A DNA stretch of 64,000 bases from Acidobacteriota bacterium (GCA_018268955.1 JAFDVO010000035.1:27427-91426); one strand, 5' to 3'; counted from the stretch's first letter, positions 28,737 to 40,677 are shown. Notes: a model not told the origin generated them from the sequence alone. Made by a program: numbers and translations.

Positions 28737-30100
28737 CCGCTCACGTGTGCGGCTCGGCGTTTAGCGGCGCACGCTCGTGCAGGACGTCGTGCCGGAGGCC
28801 AGCCGTGGGAGCGCCGCGAACGCAGACCGTCAGGCGGAAACGGCCCGCAGGCGCTCAATACGCGGCGAGGGACGGCATTCCGTCCCGAGGCGCACGCCCA
28901 CAGACGACGGCCGAGGAGCCGTTTCCCGCGGCGCGGACCCGGCTGCGCCGGAGGCACGACGTCCTGCGGCACGCGAGCGGCTCACCGAGGACGGCCCGGC
29001 AGGCTGAAGCCTGCCGGCTACGATCGAAGGGCGCGGCTGCCCAATCTCCCGGCGACGATCGAAGGACGGCGCGGCTGCCCGATCTGCCGGCTACGCTCGA
29101 AGGCCGCACGGCTGCCCAATCCCGCAGCCTGCGAGTTCAAGTGCAGCGACTGAAGCCTGGCGGCCACGACCGCTCACGTGTGCGGCTCGGCGCCCAGCGA
29201 CGCACGGTCGTGCAGGACGTGGTGCCGCAGGCCAGCCGTGGGAGCGCCGCGAACGCAGACCGTCAGGCGGAAACGGCCCGCAGGCGCTCGGTACGCGCCG
29301 AGGGACGGCATTCCGTCCCGAGACGCAAGCCCACAGACGACGGCCGAGGAGCCGTTTCCCGCGGCGCGGACCCGGCTGCGCCGGAGGCACGACGTCCTGC
29401 GGCACGCGAGCGGGCCACCGAGGACGGCCCGGCAGGCTGAAGCCTGCCGGCTACGCTCGAAGGGCGCGGCTGCCCAATCTCCCGGCGACGATCGAAGGAG
29501 GCGCGGCTGCCCGGTCTGCCGGCTACGCTCGAAGGCCGCACAGCTGCCCAATCCCGCAGCCTGCGAATTCAAGTGCAGCGACTGAAGCCTGCCGGCAAGA
29601 ACCGCTCACGTGTGCGGCTCGGCGCCCAGCGACGCACGGTCGTGCAGGACGTGGTGCCGGAGGCCAGCCGTGGGAGCGCCGCGAACGCAGACCGTCAGGC
29701 GGAAACGACCCGCAGGCGCTCGGTACGCGCCGAGGGACGGCATTCCGTCCCGAGGCGCAAGCCCACAGACGACGGCCGAGGAGCCGTTTCCCGCGGCGCG
29801 GACCCGGCTGCGCTGGAGGCACGACGTCCTGCGGCACGCGAGCGGCTCACCGAGTAGGCCCGGCAGGCTGAAGCCTGCCGGCTACGATCGAGGGAGGCGC
29901 GGCTGCCCGATGTGCCGGCTACGCTCGAAGGGCGCAGCTGCCCGATCTGCCGGCTACGCTCGAAGGGCGCAGCTGCCCAATCTCCCGGCGACGATCGAAG
30001 GACGGACGGCTGCCCGATCTGCCGGCTACGATCGAAGGGCGCGGCTGCCCAATCCCGCAGCCTGCGAGTTCAAGTGCAGCGACTGAAGCCTACCGGCTAC
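28737..30100. repeat. three head-to-tail copies of a ~432-bp composite non-coding element
   Basis: Units start at 28737, 29170 and 29602 (CCGCTCACGTGTGCGGCTCGGCG). Periods are 433 and 432 bp. Hand alignment gives about 94-95% identity. The third unit is lengthened by extra 35-37-bp sub-repeats. Confidence 0.9.
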
Positions 30101-30112
30101 GCTCGTGCGACA

Positions 30113-30326
30113 ACCCAGAGCCCAGAGCCTGCAGCCCATCGCCCATCGCCCATCGCCCATCGCGCACGCCGCCTACCCAGAGCCGACCAGCCCAGGAGCC
30201 TGAAGTCCGAAGCCCAGAACCCAGAGCCCAGAGCCCAGAGCCTGCAGCCCATCACCCATCGCCCATCGCCCATCGCCCATCGCCCATCGCCCACGCCAAC
30301 TACCCAGAGCCGACCAGCCCAGGAGC
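30113..30326. repeat. duplicated block of heptanucleotide microsatellites (CCCAGAG)n-(CCCATCG)n
   Basis: Copy A (30113-30198) has CCCAGAG x2 and CCCATCG x4. Copy B (about 30220-30326) has CCCAGAG x3 and CCCATC[GA] x5-6. Both end in ...CTACCCAGAGCCGACCAGCCCAGGAGC. Confidence 0.85.
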
Positions 30327-30416
30327 GCCGACGCCCGAAGCCCAGAGCCAGAGCCCTGACGCGAGCGCGCCACGCGGAACCACCCCGCCGTACCCGTCGT
30401 CTATGATGGAGACCGT

Positions 30417-31103
30417 ATGGCCCTCATCGAAACCGTGGACCTGTGGAAGACCTACCAGATGGGCGAGGAGGAGATCCACGCCCTGCGCGGCGTCTCGATC
30501 CAGATCGAGCGCGGTGAATACGTGGCCATCATGGGGCCGTCCGGCTCGGGGAAGTCGACGCTGATGAACCTGATCGGGTGCCTGGACACACCGAGCAAGG
30601 GCTCATACCTGCTCAACGAGAAGCAGGTCAGCACGATGGACGACAACGAGCTGGCCCGGATCCGCAACGAAGAGATCGGGTTCGTGTTCCAGACCTTCAA
30701 CCTGCTCCCGCGTGCCACCGCGCTGCGGAACGTGGAACTGCCGCTGGTCTATGCGGGTGTTCCGGCAAAGGAACGAGAGCAGCGTGCCCGTGCGGCACTC
30801 GAGAAGGTCGAACTCGCCACGCGCATGAACCACCGGCCGAACGAGCTCTCTGGCGGTCAGCGCCAGCGTGTCGCCATCGCCCGCGCCCTCGTCAACAACC
30901 CGTCCATCCTCCTCGCCGACGAGCCCACAGGTAACCTCGACTCGAAGACCGGCGTGGAAATCATGGCCCTCTTCGAGCGGCTCCACAAAGCCGGCAACAC
31001 CATCGTCCTCGTCACGCACGAACCGGACGTCGCCGCCTACGCGTACCGCACGATTCACATCCGTGATGGACAGGTGGAGCAGGACGTTCGCCGGGCCGCG
31101 TAA
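30417..31103 (+). CDS. ABC transporter ATP-binding protein (MacB/LolD-type)
   Basis: 228 aa with [24 protein letters not shown] and [12 protein letters not shown]. Confidence 0.85.
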   Translation: MALIETVDLWKTYQMGEEEIHALRGVSIQIERGEYVAIMGPSGSGKSTLMNLIGCLDTPSKGSYLLNEKQVSTMDDNELARIRNEEIGFVFQTFNLLPRATALRNVELPLVYAGVPAKEREQRARAALEKVELATRMNHRPNELSGGQRQRVAIARALVNNPSILLADEPTGNLDSKTGVEIMALFERLHKAGNTIVLVTHEPDVAAYAYRTIHIRDGQVEQDVRRAA

Positions 31104-31189
31104 GCCACACAGCAACCGGCAAGGCACTACGGCGCCAGGGCAGTAAGGCACGCCGGAGCCTCCCTGAGCGGCAACGGCATGTGTCGGGC

Positions 31190-32068
31190 TCAGATCGCCG
31201 CGACGTGGTTGTCGCCGACCGGCCTCAGGGGAGCGTGCGGATCGAACGTCGATGGGTCTAGCGGCTTCCGAACCGACCGATCGTCCGGGTCGAGCCGCGG
31301 CACCGCCGAGAGCAGCGCCTGCGTGTACGGATGCTGCGGGGACGTGAACAGCGCCTCTGTCGCGCCCATTTCCACGATCCGCCCCCGATACATCACCGCG
31401 ACCCGCTGGCAGATGTGCTCGACCAGTCGGAGGTCGTGCGCAATGAACAGGTAGGTGAGCCCAAGCCGCACCTGTAGATCCACGAGCAGGTTCACGACCT
31501 GCGCCTGCACCGACACGTCCAGCGCGGACACCGGCTCGTCCAGCACGATGAACTGCGGCCGCAGGGCGAGTGCGCGCGCCAAGCCGATGCGCTGACGTTG
31601 CCCACCACTGAACTGATGCGGGTAGCGCTCGAGGTGCGCCGCGTCGAGCCCCACGAGGGTGAACAGCTCTTCGACCCGTGTGCGCCGCTCAGGCCGGCCG
31701 CCGACGCCGTGAATGACCAGCGGCTCCTCGACGATGTCGCGGACGCGCATGCGCGGGTTCAGCGAGCCGTAGGGATCCTGAAAGACGATCTGCATGTCGC
31801 GCCGCGCAGCCCGCAGTCGCGAGGCATCGAACGCCAGCACGTCCTCACCCTTGAAGTGCACCGATCCGCTGGTCGGCTCGATCAGGCGCAGCAGGCAACG
31901 GCCCGTTGTGGTCTTGCCGCTTCCAGATTCGCCGACGAGCCCGAAGGTCTCACCCGCCTCGATCGCAAAGCTCACATCGTCCACCGCACGGACTGACGTG
32001 CGAGGGCCGGCGAGGCCACCCCCGCGCGTGAATTCCCTGGTCAGATGCGAGACGTCAACGAGTGCCAT
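31190..32068 (-). CDS. oligopeptide/dipeptide ABC transporter ATP-binding protein (OppF/DppF-like)
   Basis: Start set at the ATG at 32068 (MALVDVSHL), overlapping the upstream gene by 14 nt. Motifs GESGSGKTT and [15 protein letters not shown], plus an Opp C-terminal extension. Confidence 0.8.
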   Translation of the reverse strand: MALVDVSHLTREFTRGGGLAGPRTSVRAVDDVSFAIEAGETFGLVGESGSGKTTTGRCLLRLIEPTSGSVHFKGEDVLAFDASRLRAARRDMQIVFQDPYGSLNPRMRVRDIVEEPLVIHGVGGRPERRTRVEELFTLVGLDAAHLERYPHQFSGGQRQRIGLARALALRPQFIVLDEPVSALDVSVQAQVVNLLVDLQVRLGLTYLFIAHDLRLVEHICQRVAVMYRGRIVEMGATEALFTSPQHPYTQALLSAVPRLDPDDRSVRKPLDPSTFDPHAPLRPVGDNHVAAI

Positions 32069-33035
32069 GGGCGTCGTACAGGAAGCACCGGACCGACCGG
32101 TCGGCAGCCGTGTGATAGGGCGCGGGAATCGCCTGATCGCACGGTGTGAAGCGCCGCGGACACCGCGGGTGGAACGTGCAGCCTCTCGGAAACGCGCCGA
32201 GCAGCGGGACGCTTCCCGCGATCGGCCGCAGCGCCGACCCTCGACTCGCATCAGGCAATGACGCGATCAGCCCCTGCGTATACGGATGTTGCGGCTCCTT
32301 CAGGACCGCGCGCACGGGCCCGTGCTCGACGATGCGGCCGGCGTACATGACGGCGACGTGATCGGCGTGACCAGCGACGACGCCGAGGTCGTGCGTGATG
32401 AGCAGCAGTGCGAGCCCAAGCTCACGGCGCATCTCGCGGAGCAGGTCGAGGATCTCCGCCTGAATCGTCACGTCGAGCGCTGTCGTCGGCTCGTCGGCGA
32501 TCAGCAGGGCAGGCCGGCACGCAATCGCGATGGCAATACAGACCCGCTGGCGCATGCCGCCGGAGAGTTGATGGGGATAATCCGAGAGCCGCTGTGCCGC
32601 GTTGGGGATGCGCACGGCTTCGAGCAGTTCGAGGGCACGAGCCCAGGCCTGCTGTCCATGCGCGAGGCCGTGCACCCGTAGCGCCTCGACAATCTGGTCG
32701 CCGACCGTGTAGACCGGATCGAGCGCCGTCATCGGTTCCTGGAAGACGAACCCGATCGACGCGCCGCGCACGGCGCGCATCTCACGCTCGCCGAGCGCCA
32801 GCAGGTCCTTGCCGTTGAAGTGCACGTGCCCACCGCTGACCCGCCCTGGCGCGCGCAGCAGGCGCATGATGGACAGCGCCGTCACCGACTTCCCGCTGCC
32901 CGACTCGCCCACGAGCCCGAGCGTCTGCCCTGCGTTGATCGCGAAGCTCACCTGATCCACCGCCACGGCAGGGCCGGCGGGCAGATCGAAGGTGACCGAC
33001 AGGTCGCGCACGGAGAGGAGGGGGGAGGACAGCAC
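32055..33035 (-). CDS. oligopeptide/dipeptide ABC transporter ATP-binding protein (OppD/DppD-like)
   Basis: 326 aa with [24 protein letters not shown] and a C-terminal CxFxxRC motif. Confidence 0.8.
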   Translation of the reverse strand: MLSSPLLSVRDLSVTFDLPAGPAVAVDQVSFAINAGQTLGLVGESGSGKSVTALSIMRLLRAPGRVSGGHVHFNGKDLLALGEREMRAVRGASIGFVFQEPMTALDPVYTVGDQIVEALRVHGLAHGQQAWARALELLEAVRIPNAAQRLSDYPHQLSGGMRQRVCIAIAIACRPALLIADEPTTALDVTIQAEILDLLREMRRELGLALLLITHDLGVVAGHADHVAVMYAGRIVEHGPVRAVLKEPQHPYTQGLIASLPDASRGSALRPIAGSVPLLGAFPRGCTFHPRCPRRFTPCDQAIPAPYHTAADRSVRCFLYDAHGTR

Positions 33036-33042
33036 GGAACTC

Positions 33043-33091
33043 AGACGTTAGACGTTAGACGTTAGAAGTCAGAAGTCAGAAGTCAGAAGTA
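33043..33091. repeat. compound heptamer microsatellite (AGACGTT)3(AGAAGTC)3-4
   Basis: Read directly from the sequence. The same words occur in reverse complement (CGTCTAA/CTTCTAA) at 3010-3037. Confidence 0.9.
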
Positions 33092-33185
33092 CGGATGCTT
33101 CGGTAACGTGAAACTCCGCGGTCTCGTTGCCTCCGCGGTGGGATGTTGCAAGTGGAATCGCACTCTGAATTCAGAATTCTGAGTT

Positions 33186-34691
33186 CTAACTTCGGAACGT
33201 GTCCGCGTGTTCGCCGAACACGACGCGCATGGCGTCGGAGATCTCGCCGACGGTCGCGCGGGCTTCGACGGCCGCGATGATCGGTGGCATCAGGTTGTCG
33301 CTGCTGCGAGCCGCTGCGGTGACAGCAGCCAGTGCCGAGCGGCATGCGTCGGCGTCGCGTGTCGCGCGGACCGCCTGTGTTCGCGCAATCTGCTGACGTT
33401 CGATCGTCGGGTCCACCTGGAACACATCGATGTGCGCGGCGTCGTCGGCCTGGAAGCGGTTCACGCCGACCACAACGGTGTCCCCGCTGTCGATCGCCTG
33501 CTGCGCGCGGTAGGCCGAGTCCTGGATTTCCTGCTGGATGAGGCCGGTCTCGATCGCGCGGAGCGTGCCACCGGCGTCGTCGATGCGTGCGATGATCGCG
33601 GCCGCCTCGCGCTCGATCCGGTCTGTCAACGCCTCGATCACGTACGACCCACCCACCGGATCGACGGTGTTCGCGACGCCCGTTTCCGCGGCGATGACCT
33701 GCTGTGTCCGCAGCGCCAGGCGTGCAGCATCTTCCGTCGGGAGGCCGAGCGCTTCATCCAGCCCGTTGCAGTGCAGCGACTGCGTGCCGCCCAGCACCGC
33801 GGCCATCGCCTGCACCGCCACGCGCACGATGTTGTTGTTCGGTTGCTGCGCGGTGAGCGTGCTGCCGGCCGTCTGCGTGTGGAAGCGGAGCTGCTGCGCG
33901 CGAGGATTCGTCGCACCGAAGCGATCGCGCATGATGGTGGCCCACAGCCGGCGCGCGGCCCGGAACTTCGCGATCTCCTCGAGGAAGTTATTGTGGGCGT
34001 TGAAGAAGAACGAGAGCCGCTGTCCGAACCGGTTCACGTCGAGGCCGGTGTCGATCGCTGCCTGTACGTAGGCGATGCCGTCCGCCAGCGTGAACGCAAC
34101 CTCCTGGACGGCGGTCGCACCCGCTTCCCGGATGTGATAGCCGCTGATGGAGATGGTGTTCCAATTGGGCAGCTCGCGCTCGCAGAACGCGAAGATGTCC
34201 GTGATGATCCGCAGCGACGCCCGCGGCGGGTAGATATAGGTGCCGCGTGAGACGTACTCCTTGAGGACGTCGTTCTGAATCGTGCCGGAGAGGTTCGAGA
34301 GCGGGACGCCCTGGCGGCGCGCCACTGCGATGTAGAGCGACAGCAGGATGGCCGCCGTCGCGTTGATCGTCATCGATGTCGAGACCGAGCCGAGCGGGAT
34401 GCCGTCGAACAGCACGGCCATGTCGTCGAGCGAATCGATGGCGACGCCGACCCGTCCGACCTCCCCCTGCGCGAGCGGGTGGTCCGAGTCGTACCCCATC
34501 TGCGTGGGCAGGTCGAACGCGACGCTCAGGCCCGAAACGCCCTGGCCCAGCAGGTACTTGTACCGGGCGTTGGACTCGGACGCCGTCCCGAACCCCGCGT
34601 ACTGCCGCATCGTCCACAGCCGCCCGCGGTACATGGTCGGCTGGATGCCGCGCGTGAAGGGGAACTCTCCGGGGAAGCTGCGGTCGGCCAT
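33186..34691 (-). CDS. methylmalonyl-CoA mutase-family catalytic (large) subunit without B12-binding domain
   Basis: 501 aa with [24 protein letters not shown] and other MCM TIM-barrel blocks. It ends before any cobalamin-binding DxHxxG module. Confidence 0.8.
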   Translation of the reverse strand: MADRSFPGEFPFTRGIQPTMYRGRLWTMRQYAGFGTASESNARYKYLLGQGVSGLSVAFDLPTQMGYDSDHPLAQGEVGRVGVAIDSLDDMAVLFDGIPLGSVSTSMTINATAAILLSLYIAVARRQGVPLSNLSGTIQNDVLKEYVSRGTYIYPPRASLRIITDIFAFCERELPNWNTISISGYHIREAGATAVQEVAFTLADGIAYVQAAIDTGLDVNRFGQRLSFFFNAHNNFLEEIAKFRAARRLWATIMRDRFGATNPRAQQLRFHTQTAGSTLTAQQPNNNIVRVAVQAMAAVLGGTQSLHCNGLDEALGLPTEDAARLALRTQQVIAAETGVANTVDPVGGSYVIEALTDRIEREAAAIIARIDDAGGTLRAIETGLIQQEIQDSAYRAQQAIDSGDTVVVGVNRFQADDAAHIDVFQVDPTIERQQIARTQAVRATRDADACRSALAAVTAAARSSDNLMPPIIAAVEARATVGEISDAMRVVFGEHADTFRS

Positions 34692-34849
34692 GGGGTGGTT
34701 CGATTGTACAAGGGGCAGGCAGGGCAGGCGGGGCAGGGAGGCCGGGATCGCGTTACGGCTCAGTGGACCCGGCGGCCGGCTTCACCGATAAGCACAGTGG
34801 GTGGGCCGAACCGTGCACTGGTGGGGAACCGAGCTGTCCTCGTAACTCC

Positions 34850-34878
34850 TTGACAGGCCTTGTATTCGGTCCTAGACT
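34850..34878 (+). promoter_or_regulatory. near-consensus sigma-70-type promoter
   Basis: TTGACA (34850-34855), a 17-nt spacer, then TAGACT (34873-34878). It lies about 125 nt upstream of the 35006 start. Confidence 0.45.
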
Positions 34879-35005
34879 CGACGTACCGAATCGAACAACG
34901 ACCAGTCGACGATCAGGCAGCCAGACGCTCCTGAGCGGCACGCTCAGCCGCCGGAGGTCCAGGCGTCGCGCCCCCGCAGGTCAACGGTGGCGTAGGAGGA
35001 AGGAC

Positions 35006-35338
35006 ATGGAAGACGTCGTCAACCGGTTCGCCCGGGAACTTGCCGACGCAATCGCCGCCGCCGTTGCCGCCAACCCGCAGGTCGAAGCGGTGCGCGGGCG
35101 TGCTCGCGCTGCCGGCTACGAGATGAAGGTCACGCTCGAGGCGGTGGTCGGCTTCGCCTCACGCACCGAGCAGGGCGCCAGCGAGCCTGCTGACGCCGCA
35201 GCGCCGTTGGCCCGTATCGTGACGCCGGCGCGCGTCGCGACCCCGCGTCGCGCGGCGTTCGAGGTCACAGCCAATGATCGCCGGTTCCTGCGGTCCCTGC
35301 GGATCGCCGCCGACGAAACGACAGAGCCGGTCGAGTAG
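35006..35338 (+). CDS. small hypothetical protein (110 aa)
   Basis: ATG at 35006 is preceded by AGGAGGA. Ala-rich helical sequence. Followed by a strong terminator. Confidence 0.45.
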   Translation: MEDVVNRFARELADAIAAAVAANPQVEAVRGRARAAGYEMKVTLEAVVGFASRTEQGASEPADAAAPLARIVTPARVATPRRAAFEVTANDRRFLRSLRIAADETTEPVE

Positions 35339-35365
35339 CGCTCGACACGGGCTGAAGAAACAAAA

Positions 35366-35401
35366 GGGCACGCCGACCATCTGGTCTGCGTGCCCTTTTT
35401 T
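35366..35401 (+). terminator. rho-independent terminator
   Basis: GGGCACGC (35366-35373) pairs with GCGTGCCC (35388-35395), followed by TTTTTT. An A-tract upstream suggests bidirectional capability. Confidence 0.75.
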
Positions 35402-35543
35402 CGTACTCTCCGTAATTCACAAACGCCAACGCCACAACGCACGCCGCACCTGGTGTGACACGTTCCGGCGTCCTTGGTCCCTGCGTTTCCGCGTTCTTGC
35501 GTTTTTGCGTTCCTGCGTTTTTGCGTTTTCTCGTTACAGGTTC

Positions 35544-36290
35544 TTACTTCTGCCCCGCCTGCTTCGCCACCCGCTCGGCTGCGGCCGCGGCGGCGGCTGC
35601 GTCGCCCAGGTAGTAGTGCCGGATCGGCTTCAGGTTGGCGTCCAGCTCGTACACGAGCGGGATGCCGGTCGGGATGTTGAGCTCGACGATCTCCGCGTCA
35701 GAGATGTTGTCGAGGTACTTCACCAGCGCGCGCAGGCTGTTGCCGTGCGCGGCGACGAGGACCCGCTTCCCGGACGTGATGGCCGGCGCGATCGTGCCGT
35801 GCCAGTAGGGGAGGAATCGTGCGACGGTGTCCTTCAGCGACTCCGTCAACGGCAGCTCCGCCTGTGACATGCCGGCGTAGCGCGGATCCCGCGACGGGTG
35901 CCGCTCATCGTCAGCGGCCAGCGGCGGCGGCGGGATGTCGTAGCTGCGCCGCCAGATCTTCACCTGATCCTCGCCGTGCTTCGCGGCGGTCTCGGCCTTG
36001 TTCAACCCCTGCAGCGCGCCGTAGTGGCGCTCGTTCAGCCGCCAGTTCTTCTCGACCGGAATCCACATCTGATCCAGCCGGTCGAGCGCGATCCACAGCG
36101 TGCGGATCGCCCGCTTCAGCAGGGAGACGTACGCCTGATCGAAAACGTAGCCGCCTTCCTTGAGCAGGCGGCCGGCCTCGGCCGCTTCCTCGCGGCCACG
36201 GTCCGACAGGTCCACGTCGGTCCAGCCGGTGAAGCGGTTTTCCTTGTTCCAGGTGCTCTCGCCGTGGCGGAGCAGGACGAGCTTGTACAT
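35544..36290 (-). CDS. gpmA: 2,3-bisphosphoglycerate-dependent phosphoglycerate mutase
   Basis: 248 aa with [10 protein letters not shown] and [12 protein letters not shown]. Confidence 0.9.
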   Translation of the reverse strand: MYKLVLLRHGESTWNKENRFTGWTDVDLSDRGREEAAEAGRLLKEGGYVFDQAYVSLLKRAIRTLWIALDRLDQMWIPVEKNWRLNERHYGALQGLNKAETAAKHGEDQVKIWRRSYDIPPPPLAADDERHPSRDPRYAGMSQAELPLTESLKDTVARFLPYWHGTIAPAITSGKRVLVAAHGNSLRALVKYLDNISDAEIVELNIPTGIPLVYELDANLKPIRHYYLGDAAAAAAAAERVAKQAGQK

Positions 36291-36301
36291 AGATCCTCTG
36301 G

Positions 36302-36366
36302 GAAGTCAGAAGTCAGGGACCCGGACTCCGGTCGGAGTTCAGTTCTGACTTCTGAGTTCTGACTTC
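36302..36366. repeat. intercistronic inverted word-repeat hairpin (GAAGTCA words) between eno and gpmA
   Basis: GAAGTCAGAAGTCAG (36302-36316) faces CTGACTTCTGAGTTCTGACTTC (36345-36366). The centre is the palindrome CCGGACTCCGG. Confidence 0.6.
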
Positions 36367-36379
36367 TCGGTTCGGAATG

Positions 36380-38970
<2,591 letters not shown>

Positions 38971-38973
38971 GGG

Positions 38974-39636
38974 TCAGCTCCTCCTGAGCACGACGCGCGC
39001 CGGTGCGCCATCTGCGCCCACCACTGGCAGCGGCAGGCAGAACATCTCGTAGATCCCCGGGTCGACGTCGCGCAGGTTCAGCCCCTCGATGACAATCGTG
39101 CCGGCGCCGAGGAGCACGTGATGCGCCGGCGCGCCGGGCGCCTTGAACGGCTCGACGGACAGGTAGTCCACGCCGAGCACCTTGACGCCCCGATCCACCA
39201 GGAAATGGGCGGCGCCCTCGCTCACGCCGATGAAGTCCTCATGAAAGACCGGCGAGCCCCAGAGGCGCGAGTTGTGCGTCTTCAGGAGCAGGCGCATGTC
39301 CTCCCGGAGATCGAAGCCGGCGAGGTCCTCCGGGGTGACGACCCGCCGCGTCGTCAGCTCGATGACACGCGTGCGGCCGCAGAGCAGGTCGAGCGGCAGC
39401 GACTCGGCGCCAGGGCGATCGTCGAAGAAGTGACGCGGGGCATCCACATGCGTCCCGGCATGCGCGCTCATCCGCAGCGTGGACACGTTGGAGCTGTCGC
39501 CACGCGCGATCCGCTTGATCGCCTCGAGCGCGAACGGGGTGTTCCCCGGATAGGTCGCGAGGCTGGCATCGATGGGAACGCTGATGTCGATGAGTTTCAT
39601 CGGGGCGCCGTGGCGGGACGCTAATAGCATAAGCAA
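38974..39636 (-). CDS. cyclase-family protein (kynurenine formamidase-like)
   Basis: HAGTHVDAPRHF motif. An alternative ATG at 39600 (MKLIDIS) is likely the true start. Confidence 0.7.
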   Translation of the reverse strand: MLMLLASRHGAPMKLIDISVPIDASLATYPGNTPFALEAIKRIARGDSSNVSTLRMSAHAGTHVDAPRHFFDDRPGAESLPLDLLCGRTRVIELTTRRVVTPEDLAGFDLREDMRLLLKTHNSRLWGSPVFHEDFIGVSEGAAHFLVDRGVKVLGVDYLSVEPFKAPGAPAHHVLLGAGTIVIEGLNLRDVDPGIYEMFCLPLPVVGADGAPARVVLRRS

Positions 39637-39750
39637 AGCCCGGTGAATTCGGGCGAAATACTGTCGGGGCCGGTGTTTGACTTGGCTTCTCCCGGACGCC
39701 TATGATTGGCTGTTTTCGTATTGTCGATTTCTTTCTGGAGCTGACTGTTT

Positions 39751-40677
39751 ATGGTGATTCGGCGACGCGCACTCGCCCTGGCTTCCGCAGCGTTCCTGCT
39801 TTTCGTGTCGACAGCCTCGAACTCGGCTGCGCAGGGGCGTCAGCTCACCAAGGATGAAGAGCGGGAGGCCAAGGCGGCCACCAGCGCTCTGGCCAACGCG
39901 TTCGCTGGCAAGCCGGTGACCAACGACCTGGGGCTCACCTGGCTGCGCAGCGACCCGATGCAGGCGCAGGGCGACAAGAACATCATGGCCTTTGCGCTGA
40001 GCCTCGATCCGTCGAAGGCACCGTCCGGCAAGGTCTTCATGATCTGGCGCGTCCTCCCATCGGGGGCCGACCCGAAGGACAAGAAGGTCCAGCCGATCTT
40101 CGAGAGCTTCTCCACGGCCACACTGGAAGGGCAGACGCCGTTCATCGGCCGCCTCTTCCTGGCGCCCGCAGGCAAGGTGGACGTGCTCGTCGCCGCGCAT
40201 GAACTCACCGAAGGCAAGAGCACCAAGGCGCCGGTGTCGGTGATCCGCCAGACGGTGGAGGTCCCCTCGCTCACCGGGGGCGACTTCATGCTGTCGAACC
40301 TCTACATCTTCCGCTCGCGCAAGTACGACGCCCCGCTGGCCGACGTGATGGAGCACCCGTACGGCACGCCCGAAGAGGAGAACCTTCCGCTCGCGAGCCC
40401 GACCCTGGCGAAGACCGAGCCGCTGCGCATCAACGGCATGCTCTTCAACGCGAAGGGGCGCGTGGCTGTCGAGTATGCGGCCTACAAGGACGGCGTCGCC
40501 GAGCCGTTCAAGCGTTGGGCCGCCGCCGAGATCGACCCGGCACGCCAGGGCATTCCGGATCGCGTGCCGTTGACCGACTTCGAGCCCGGCAAGTACCGCC
40601 TCGAGATCAAGGTGACCGACAAGGGTTCCGACAAGACGATCACCCAGTCGCTCCCGTTCACGGTCTCCGGCTCCTAG
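39751..40677 (+). CDS. secreted hypothetical protein, paralog 1
   Basis: Signal peptide ...FVSTASNSAAQG. Homologous along its length to the next ORF. C-terminal EPGKYRLEIKVTDK...FTVSGS. Confidence 0.65.
   Translation: MVIRRRALALASAAFLLFVSTASNSAAQGRQLTKDEEREAKAATSALANAFAGKPVTNDLGLTWLRSDPMQAQGDKNIMAFALSLDPSKAPSGKVFMIWRVLPSGADPKDKKVQPIFESFSTATLEGQTPFIGRLFLAPAGKVDVLVAAHELTEGKSTKAPVSVIRQTVEVPSLTGGDFMLSNLYIFRSRKYDAPLADVMEHPYGTPEEENLPLASPTLAKTEPLRINGMLFNAKGRVAVEYAAYKDGVAEPFKRWAAAEIDPARQGIPDRVPLTDFEPGKYRLEIKVTDKGSDKTITQSLPFTVSGS

Noticed and set aside
28745-30086. Arg-rich ORFs of 76-231 aa on both strands of the 432-bp tandem units (for example 28745-29440 +, 29091-29405 -).
   Set aside because: The unit periods are 433 and 432 bp, so the frame is not maintained between copies. 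The ORFs on the two strands mirror each other because of the palindrome, and their composition is the typical open-frame noise of GC-rich DNA.
34780-34835. Possible cobalamin riboswitch near the mutase gene (the string CTGGTGGGGAACCGAG).
   Set aside because: I could not find the conserved B12-box (GCCACTG-like) or the GGTGAAA-type core on either strand. The segment would also be oriented toward the small + strand ORF rather than the mutase.
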